A stretch of DNA of 64,000 nucleotides. It comes from a virus. The stretch lies in IMG/VR virus record IMGVR_UViG_3300033182_001497, positions 3,213 to 67,212 of that record; one strand, 5' to 3'. Position numbers and translations under genes: made by a program. This document shows positions 21,901 to 28,350 of this stretch, in pieces. The stretch's first letter is position 1. Every line of letters begins with the position of its first letter. A model generated the notes under the pieces. The model made no database searches. It had not been told where the DNA came from and was given only the letters and a program-made list of their open reading frames with translations.

Positions 21901-22273
21901 TTAATTTATCGCCCTCTCCAGTCGGAACATGTTGATTAAAGAGACTTTCTTCTATTCCTCCTTGTAAGCTAGATATTCTTAAATTATTAAAAGTAAATGT
22001 TGCATCAAAAGAGGGCGGACTAACCTCAACTTCACCAAGCAAAAACTGAGATCGTATACCTATATCGCTTACAGCAAAAATTTTAACCTCAAAAGTTCCA
22101 TAATTTCCCTTTAAAGGAATAATCTTGGACGCGGTTTGCCCAAGCAGGTCAACCAGATCACTACCTTTTCCAAGGTTATACTGAAACGAATAATTATCAG
22201 ATGTACCAATCACCTCATAATTAGCATCTAAATCATTAACTGTAAACTGTACTGATAGTGATGAAGACTTCAT
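15908..22273 (-). CDS. 2121-aa tail fibre / gpJ C-terminal-like protein: FN3 domains, CBM5/12-like repeats, GG-N beta-roll repeats, Trp-rich C-terminus
   Basis: YFWVRPVDFAGNKG (FN3), YxxGDxVxY repeats, IGGGYNN repeats, AIVDAKINSLKADKITAG. Confidence 0.85.
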   Translation of the reverse strand: MKSSSLSVQFTVNDLDANYEVIGTSDNYSFQYNLGKGSDLVDLLGQTASKIIPLKGNYGTFEVKIFAVSDIGIRSQFLLGEVEVSPPSFDATFTFNNLRISSLQGGIEESLFNQHVPTGEGDKLIVDQQFAGKNIELNWELIAPSSHALEGLSLSTELLSDSFFSGIVVNIKTGDQIIDISTVDTSNDAIQSLSAFLNTEPTNVADDLQNYRSFSLLLDEDVFNGLNLPRDVTVDLVAVDKFGRTCTGTISGHNPEPYLNSLTQTLNGSEMSFSWATDTVDYSGMNVNVIGIPENRELFDSGDLLASKNFIDNLNSTISNDLTWDNHANYSSGDLILENGDVYRSNTDHTSSYNNRPKNDDVTWTNYGSSIDYVYTNETVDVFTFEQEQFFGYKYYYTFQVFDDFGGGDLFLLGEDGSLLIQGEEDSLLFPYQTQIKIANLRFYEREDDLVFNWEIVDQDDNAVDLVQYRAAFKEGGLPSVLGLSGSLYDVHTNQTITGLTEGNNSISLTKNEDGDTEVVYGLQTSKIFDTYEYTREINNQIYGTGGFPEIYDDFNYQSVYESGDHVIVDDQIVYKAILDSDNSDPKIKPIYDFWQKSQNYTSGESFSYNDGIYKVYQDFGPEYTDGLFDFSRTYASGDLVVSPNQYYENFNAVNRYELNDIVVYNDTLYKCLALQETGTAVTPGTDSSKWRVASLFSEIDCDTYKALSSSSGLIPINQSVLENGVLVDKWEIYNPLNSDRASLYIENYSGFVSEWETGVDFISGDLVVYSNDIWSGIQDSGPNSESGIIEPGTNASFWQNEYSGQDIIFSYSSGEKVCANGSIYKANADNPVGAPIIAFDQAGNESLSDYLGTQWIPYWQEETQYQDIIFGHAGIPQSGKRSVGIELAIVDREGDVFDLQKLSADNPPPYILSEGFNIDSLSEATKVKFNFNYALAFQEKTTKVNLYRSSDPVFDVVDENGFPLTGEGTTFVKTVIGAGDATFGQNITQIIDEPPIPSINGVDQITGYYYKILPFDDFGSGDLYGVNDNAGDLEQCLVYPKNYSNKNPNGIPGPVFRTSADDIPGPVIDLSGDTAFENYFLSWVHPSGNIQNRDQIPNDLSHYEVWMGNSDTDDKLELGSLNVFLKDEADPLEDIDFSNNSGYRRIETDIASTGPIPIEKQDPASGITNAKRIFNVPANGAEIETSYLGKTNETKYFWVRPVDFAGNKGPFTGAANLSGPEIEGVELTLGQASATDIDDFELNMTEIFGNTIALAPQPDPFDGDGSYISWPEHVLYYQGTGYLINGSGIGPNYDTQKASYIWWDNNGQADSADPDQEYVDVGLRNIYYKNINYKISSSHPAGSRDQDSNNQDYVSPDPDFGEGDFIVARLAGFPSNAAATPVYHAFANALIGTANIAEAAIVDAKINSLKADKITAGEIKGHEIVVGSRANQYGSIVTPGFTGYTNPVDGVSYPPANNGFVLSGDGTFEFRGDQGKLTLDNDGTLSLEGRLRQSNGKDYDFVDFSSMPAYVNYVETNNGYEIENNNDLVITARFRNTSISSADDVRFRMQVFNDGVINDVFSYDDFIASKSAGKYDISGFSYDVNPSSNDFIIDNQSITAVARLAAGFEGNVFGFHDIITSNSTTGDAVILYVSGANSDNETSTTIGRIIDGKAGPGGPATHFRGEWSAGEYYSGSAIRGDIVYYAPDNEFYIGREPSSPSSSSFSADLNAGKWEAFGGQFTSVATNLLLAEEAIITEKLELGTLGGGTQPFSLTSVGNGIITSPGFVGGIFDVNNNTVLNSNNYTTAGFSMGSYYDSSKSKNISFFDMGGQSVGNFDSYFRLNTDDGKIEMHSAFISGGINVTSDLGTIFDFNNYQNQDPKAVFIGGGYNNTITIPSFQNNFKSLASSIVAGGENNIEGRFSIIGGGYNNECKDNFSVIAGGWGNGMPQAGSENEGANFIGGGQSNTINGGSYQSIPGGEYNSISNNSSLVYNPALHFKDKFRLGDGINDASLIVPSWYSSWFAEAVFVSDVYGDHQFDGDSMKTEDFVAVVDFLNSNVLGWIFLSFNEIYPTKRAPSTAWFYAENLFGGSWSWLNYDVVLQGPWVWNHGISDWLYFYPNSNTVYRDDTQTNFTLSQFD

Positions 22274-25200
22274 TTATTGAGTAAGATCATTTAAAATTAA
22301 ATTGGTTGGCGCATCAGGAATAGACATATCTGCTTGCGGAGGAATAGGTAAATGCGGTCTTTTTATTACACCTTTTTTGTCTACAGCATTAAACTTGGAT
22401 TTATTATATTCCAAACCAACAACTTCGTAATTATTTTCAGAAGTTTCTTTGACACTGAGCAATCTAAACAGCTGCCCCTCCAGGTATCTTTCTACTTGAC
22501 TTCTCGCAGACTCAATATAACTAATCGACCCACGAAAAGTTATTTGAGCAGAATCAATCAATTGAGCCGCAGATTCAGAATCAATCAATTCAACAGTATT
22601 AGAATTAATAAAAACAGTAAACCAATTATCTCGATTAATCAATGTATTCAATTGAGAATTATCGCTAACAAAACCAGATATAGAAATTTTGTTTTGCTTT
22701 GAAATATTTAATCCATGAGATTCCTGCAAAGATATTCTTACGCTTTGTTTTCCTTGTGTTGAATTATCTACATCTATCGACACAGCATCTAGTATTTCAC
22801 CAGTTCTCAATCCAGGCGCATCTGACCCAATCGTACCACTTGGCGTTACCCCTGGAGCAGTAGTTTCGAAAGCGTTTGAATTCCCTATAAAGGAAAAATA
22901 ATAACCATTTCCAGATATTACATTTTTAACATAAAAAACTTTATTTGATATCGTGCCAAGAGCTCCTTGGGACACAGAAGCAGTAAAGCTTTGATATTTG
23001 TAAAAATATTCCGCATTTTGTTTTGCGAACACAGACTCCTGTTCACTACTAATATACCAAAAGTAATCATCACCAGTTTCGCTCACATAAACCCAGCCCA
23101 ATGATTTTGAATAAAACCAACCACGCTCACCAAGACCATATACAATTATATCTTTAGCATAAATCCATTCGTTTAATTGAACAGAAAATATCCATCCATC
23201 GTTTTTACCAATAAACACCAACCCAAACACTGACGACATACTCCAACCTTGTGGGTTACTGGAATCTATTTTTAAATTATCCTTCAATAAAGATGATGAC
23301 ATTTCTATATCAGATCTAACACCAATCAATCCCTTCATTGAATATGTTGCGCCGGGAGACAATTGATCCAGCGCTTCTTGAGTTTTTCCGTCAACACCTC
23401 CTAGCTCAACATATGGACAATAATAATGCTCGCCTCCAGGATTAGCAAGATCATCTTTTCCTATATCAATGATATTCACTGGAGCAGCAAGACCAGCACC
23501 CGGATCGCCCAAAGAAACTTGAAATGTATGTTTTGAAGTACTCGTTACATAATATATATTATATTCATTCAGTCCGCCAGGCAATACACCTTCGCTTTTA
23601 AAAATTATTCTATCTCCGTTTTCTAAATTGTGCTCGAATTTTTTTATTCTGTTGTCTTTTAAATCTAAATCAAATTGCGTTTTTAGCAGTAAATTATATG
23701 CAATTGTTTTTTGTCCTTGTGGGCCAGATACTTGATTTCCATACGCTACTCCAAGAGTTGCATCGAATCTATATATCTGCGGAGTAATCATAGACTCTAT
23801 TTCGTGATCTTGGTCATCTTCAGATATTTCCGAAGAAGCGCGCTGTTCTAAATTTTCTACAGTAGAATTTGATATTCCTGCACATACAGCAATCTCTACA
23901 TTAGCAACAACAGGATCATTTTCAATAGATTTATCAAGCAGCAAGTATGGACTATTAATTTCAAAAGCTTGATTATTTAAACTTAATTTTTTTGTTTGTT
24001 GAATGTCTAAAATTCTTCCGCTTTTACTTTTCCCAACCCTGGTTTCATCAGATACCTCAAAGACACAACCAGGAAACAAATAAGAAGCCTCCTGACCTGT
24101 AGTGAATTTTACAGTTTCGGTTTCTAACTGAGAGGTTAATAGAATCCATTTTGCTAATCTTCGCGCCTGACTTTCGGATGTTATACCCAAACCCATTGTT
24201 TCATTCTCAAGATATCCGAATTTTTGAATTGCATCTGCATCTTCTTCATAAACCAAATCTGGTCGATAATGTTTCGATTCGTTATTGAACCTAACCATTG
24301 ATGCGGTTGTTCTTTTGTTTTTATTTACCCCTGAATAACTAAATCCTTCTTTAGAGACATTAGAATTATTGAACATTTGAACAGAATTTTTTATTCCATC
24401 CTGAACAGCCAATATCTTTCCAGCAGAATAAGCACTCATTCCTCTAAAAATGGAAGCTAAATTTTTAATCACTTCAAATGCTTCGGCTCGATCTGTGAGA
24501 TATAAATTTGCCGAGAATCTTGGTTCAACAATTGGATGATTAATTTGTGTTGCACAAGCACCAATAGTTGTTGAGTATGTATTTTCCAAAGCTGGCCCAG
24601 AAACAATCAGAGATAAAGAAGTTGGATCAGAACTAATAATTACTCGTTCTTCGATTTGAATTTCTCCTTCTCTCGCCGCAGATCGATAAGCGATCTCATC
24701 ATTACTCATGTCGCCATTTGCTTGATGAATAAAGAAAGCTATTTTTTTACCCTTAAAAGATTCTCCAGTTCCGAATTCCTGCCCAAACAAATCATACTCG
24801 CTTTGAGTCAATTTATTGATAAAATAACTTGTTCCAATTTCTTCTCCTAAATATTCGCGCGGGTCAATTTTAATTTCTATACTATCTGGATCGGTACTTT
24901 GATTAATTATATTTCTGCAACTAAATCTTCTTGGATTACCACTTACAGTTTCAATAGAATAATCTGTCTCTACCAATTCATCGCAGTATTTTGCGATTTT
25001 ATACAGCTGCCATTTATCTATATTTTCCTCCTCGAGTCCATATTTACCAACCCCATATCTTGGATTATACAATAGATCAAAAAACACCCAAGCAGGATTA
25101 TCTGTCCAATATTTATTGTCATCAGATATCGAATGAATTGATTCAGTCGACCCAGATTGCCCTTTAAATAATCCATCCCATGGTCCATCATATTTTCTTG

Positions 25201-26899
25201 AAAGCGGATCATAATTACTAGGAATCAATACTTTTTTTAACTTCACATGATACGATCGATCAGGAACATTCGAAAAGTTTTTACTGTCAACCAAAATTCT
25301 TGTCATTGCGCTGTGTGGATACAATAGATTTTCATTTATTTTTTCTTCAACATGCGCCAGCTGTAATCGTCTTGTTTTTGTTATTCCTCCAAAACTACCT
25401 CCTTTTACAGAAGGATCATATTCAGGACTAAGTTTTAGTATTTTTATTGTCACTCCATCGCTTGAATCATTGAATGGATATTCTCTATCGATCTGTAAAG
25501 TAATATCAAATTGATATGCGCTTGTAGCAATGCCGCTCAACTCAAAATGTGCTTGATCTACATCAGAGTATTTTCCAGCTAGTTCTTGAGCAATTTCTCT
25601 CTTTTTTATGTCTCGAGACGCATTAACAAAAAACTTGTTAGGTGCCATATCGAGGTCAGGCTCTCCAGTATAATCTGGATGCTCTGTGATGGCTTGATTT
25701 AATTGACTAAAATTAGTTACTTTTTTTACTCCATCTCCAATTTTCGTAATCTTACAACCACTGGATTTTGGTTCGAGTATATTAAAGTCTTGATTATCTC
25801 TTGTTATTAAAATTGCAAATGCTACATTATTTGCATTTACCTGTCCATCATCTGCTTGACTGGATATTTCTACGCGAAATGATATCGTTACCTCATTTAC
25901 TGCAGGATTTGAAATGAAATGAGACATAACTTTAGCATCATTTTCAATTGCTCCTTGAATACCATATCTCAATTCACCATATGGAGGTGGGCCATAAATT
26001 AAATTATCATATTCCTTGATATAAAATACTCCCTCAGACAAAACAGTTGAATCAGAATCGTTACCAAGTTTATATACAGGCTTTCCGCTGCGAGTATCCA
26101 TGTTTTCATTTAACACATAATTGAAAGTACCAGAATCGTTGCTAGACTTGGGGGTATTTTTTACTTGAACATCATTCAAATATATTGCCTCAAGAATGTC
26201 ATCAGAATGTAAAGTTGCGCCGTATTTGTTTACAAATCCATGTATAGGACCTTCAGAAATTAAATCCACAAACTCCATTTCTGTATAACTTTCTAGAGTA
26301 CCAGCTTTTGTTGAGTCGCTTAATTTTTTACTGGTTTTTCGTGTGGCTATATTTGTAGCTCCGACTTTTAGTCGACCATACCCAACAGGCACTGCAATAC
26401 CTTGTGCTTGTCTAGTTGACGCGCCTGCCAACAAAAAAGATTTTGTAGAAATTGGATCTTTGCGCTTGGGAGGCTCTGGTGTTTTCATCATTGCTTGAGT
26501 TACAGCAGCTATAGCCGCAATCGCAAGAACAGTTTTTAATGTTACTCCGTAAATTGCGCCACCACCCATAAAAGAAGCGATCGCATAGTAAACAACTTGT
26601 AGTGGCCCAGAACCAGCTGCAGGATTCAATACATGCATCTCTTTATTTTTATTTTTTAGACTTACATCCTTTAAATCAATTATATTTTCGCGCAAATCAT
26701 TTTCATTTTTTATATGCTTAGGATCTTTTGTTAATGCAATGTATTCGGTACCATTTTTTGAGGAGTTGAAAATGTATTCAAAAAAGCCTTCGGTATTGGC
26801 TTCAATTGCGCAGTATGCTTCTTGCGCACTATCCACATCGAGCTTCCACTTTTTACCAAAGCGCTTGCCCAGCTTTCCATGTAGATATACCGTTTTCAC
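22274..26899 (-). CDS. Fusion of lambda gpI-like (ubiquitin-like) tail assembly protein and gpJ-like tip/hub protein
   Basis: VYLHGKLGKRFG, VPVGYGRL, DLISEGPI, YPHSA, WTDNPAW, PRFSAN, RRLAKWILLT. Confidence 0.92.
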   Translation of the reverse strand: MKTVYLHGKLGKRFGKKWKLDVDSAQEAYCAIEANTEGFFEYIFNSSKNGTEYIALTKDPKHIKNENDLRENIIDLKDVSLKNKNKEMHVLNPAAGSGPLQVVYYAIASFMGGGAIYGVTLKTVLAIAAIAAVTQAMMKTPEPPKRKDPISTKSFLLAGASTRQAQGIAVPVGYGRLKVGATNIATRKTSKKLSDSTKAGTLESYTEMEFVDLISEGPIHGFVNKYGATLHSDDILEAIYLNDVQVKNTPKSSNDSGTFNYVLNENMDTRSGKPVYKLGNDSDSTVLSEGVFYIKEYDNLIYGPPPYGELRYGIQGAIENDAKVMSHFISNPAVNEVTISFRVEISSQADDGQVNANNVAFAILITRDNQDFNILEPKSSGCKITKIGDGVKKVTNFSQLNQAITEHPDYTGEPDLDMAPNKFFVNASRDIKKREIAQELAGKYSDVDQAHFELSGIATSAYQFDITLQIDREYPFNDSSDGVTIKILKLSPEYDPSVKGGSFGGITKTRRLQLAHVEEKINENLLYPHSAMTRILVDSKNFSNVPDRSYHVKLKKVLIPSNYDPLSRKYDGPWDGLFKGQSGSTESIHSISDDNKYWTDNPAWVFFDLLYNPRYGVGKYGLEEENIDKWQLYKIAKYCDELVETDYSIETVSGNPRRFSCRNIINQSTDPDSIEIKIDPREYLGEEIGTSYFINKLTQSEYDLFGQEFGTGESFKGKKIAFFIHQANGDMSNDEIAYRSAAREGEIQIEERVIISSDPTSLSLIVSGPALENTYSTTIGACATQINHPIVEPRFSANLYLTDRAEAFEVIKNLASIFRGMSAYSAGKILAVQDGIKNSVQMFNNSNVSKEGFSYSGVNKNKRTTASMVRFNNESKHYRPDLVYEEDADAIQKFGYLENETMGLGITSESQARRLAKWILLTSQLETETVKFTTGQEASYLFPGCVFEVSDETRVGKSKSGRILDIQQTKKLSLNNQAFEINSPYLLLDKSIENDPVVANVEIAVCAGISNSTVENLEQRASSEISEDDQDHEIESMITPQIYRFDATLGVAYGNQVSGPQGQKTIAYNLLLKTQFDLDLKDNRIKKFEHNLENGDRIIFKSEGVLPGGLNEYNIYYVTSTSKHTFQVSLGDPGAGLAAPVNIIDIGKDDLANPGGEHYYCPYVELGGVDGKTQEALDQLSPGATYSMKGLIGVRSDIEMSSSLLKDNLKIDSSNPQGWSMSSVFGLVFIGKNDGWIFSVQLNEWIYAKDIIVYGLGERGWFYSKSLGWVYVSETGDDYFWYISSEQESVFAKQNAEYFYKYQSFTASVSQGALGTISNKVFYVKNVISGNGYYFSFIGNSNAFETTAPGVTPSGTIGSDAPGLRTGEILDAVSIDVDNSTQGKQSVRISLQESHGLNISKQNKISISGFVSDNSQLNTLINRDNWFTVFINSNTVELIDSESAAQLIDSAQITFRGSISYIESARSQVERYLEGQLFRLLSVKETSENNYEVVGLEYNKSKFNAVDKKGVIKRPHLPIPPQADMSIPDAPTNLILNDLTQ

Positions 26900-26920
26900 T
26901 TTTCCTTAAACCTTGTATAT

Positions 26921-27286
26921 TTATACACTTACATTTTCATATAAGTAAAAGTCATCATCTCTTAAACTATATATAAGATACGGTATGCACAATTCATCTG
27001 AATTGTTTTTATCATTTTCGCTTGGTCGCGACGATCCTATTGTATGAGAATGCACAACATATTGTACATCATAATCTATTAAAATTACAGGATCTATACA
27101 AAAATAATGAGTAGGATTTGAGCTTATATTTTCGCAAGCCTTGAATGATATTTTACCTTCCTCAGAATATATTATTCCGCAAGATTCTTGTTTTGGATTT
27201 TGCTTGCAATGTTTTTTGATTTGATCAAGAATATATTTAGGTATATTATTCAATTGGAAACTTTTCTGTACCAGGAAATCCTCCAA
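26921..27286 (-). CDS. JAB/MPN metalloprotease (lambda gpK N-terminal domain only)
   Basis: ESCG...HSH...PS..D JAMM motif; true start may be downstream of 27286. Confidence 0.85.
   Translation of the reverse strand: MEDFLVQKSFQLNNIPKYILDQIKKHCKQNPKQESCGIIYSEEGKISFKACENISSNPTHYFCIDPVILIDYDVQYVVHSHTIGSSRPSENDKNNSDELCIPYLIYSLRDDDFYLYENVSV
26922..26928 (-). promoter_or_regulatory. GTGTATA putative late promoter with AAGGTTTAAGG leader for gpI-J
   Basis: GTGTATA-AATATAC-AAGGTTTAAGGAAAA-GTG. Confidence 0.6.
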
Positions 27287-28349
27287 ATCGCAAACCCTTA
27301 GAATTTAAACTTTCATTGTGTCCAGATAAGTCTATTCCAGTTTCTTTATCTACTTTACTTGAGAATCTTTTTTTACACCCTTCAATTGTTTTAGAACACT
27401 CATCCTTCAACCAATGCTCTTTGTCGAAAAATGGATGATGTTTTGATGGATCAGCATGAGATTTAACACACACAAAAACATGAGGAGTAGCTTTGTAAGG
27501 ATTTCCAGAATTTCTGGGAACTATTTTGACCACATCTCCAAGATTGTATCCAGATATATTCTCTGAATTTTTGTTTGGCCCATATTTATTCCAGTGGTCT
27601 ACATTATTAATTCGCCCACCATATATTGCAGCATTTACAAGTCCCGCATCATATACTCCGCTAGAATTTTTTTGTTTGTTTGTTGCAAATCCCTTAACCA
27701 AGCTTTGTCCGCCGGAAGTTTCTATAGGCAATCCTTTGTAACCACATCCAACGCTACAGCGATATGTAAAATTGCAATATCCAGACAATACAACACGAGC
27801 AGGAACAAATGAATCCTCCAATTCCAGCGCAGAAACTAATTCAAATTGAACGAATTGTTTATTTTCTTCTTGTTTTCGATTAACAAAATATACATCATCA
27901 ACCAAATGAGAATTCGGATCAGGATCTCCAAATGGATTTTCTCCGCCTGGAAAATTTTCTGCATCTAGAAATCTCGCATATGTTCTTTTTCTAGTGATCT
28001 TACAATTAGCAAAGTCTTGGTTTGAGTGAATAATTTTAGAAAACAATCCATCTGGATTAGCCAATGAAAATGTTGGTCGCGGCAATCTTCCATCAGATTT
28101 TTGCTCGAATCCTTCCATTTTAATTGGTAGCGGTTGATACGACTTGCCCTGCCAGACAACTGGATTTGTTCCATTGATCATTGGACAAAAACGATATGTA
28201 GTATCTGCGCCAATATTTATTCCATATAAATCATTTAACTCTTCAAAGTTGGGCTGTAAATTACTAAAATCAATTTCATACAAATCTATCAAAGTATCAG
28301 GAGTCAAAGATACCAATTGTCTATTTGTGTTTGTGCTCGACTTGCTCAT
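27246..28349 (-). CDS. Minor tail protein L (lambda gpL-like)
   Basis: WQGKSYQPLPI, LPRP, RKRTYARFLDAENF, C..YR...C, C.K...GCKKRF, FGGFPG. Confidence 0.95.
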   Translation of the reverse strand: MSKSSTNTNRQLVSLTPDTLIDLYEIDFSNLQPNFEELNDLYGINIGADTTYRFCPMINGTNPVVWQGKSYQPLPIKMEGFEQKSDGRLPRPTFSLANPDGLFSKIIHSNQDFANCKITRKRTYARFLDAENFPGGENPFGDPDPNSHLVDDVYFVNRKQEENKQFVQFELVSALELEDSFVPARVVLSGYCNFTYRCSVGCGYKGLPIETSGGQSLVKGFATNKQKNSSGVYDAGLVNAAIYGGRINNVDHWNKYGPNKNSENISGYNLGDVVKIVPRNSGNPYKATPHVFVCVKSHADPSKHHPFFDKEHWLKDECSKTIEGCKKRFSSKVDKETGIDLSGHNESLNSKGLRFGGFPGTEKFPIE

Positions 28350-28350
28350 A

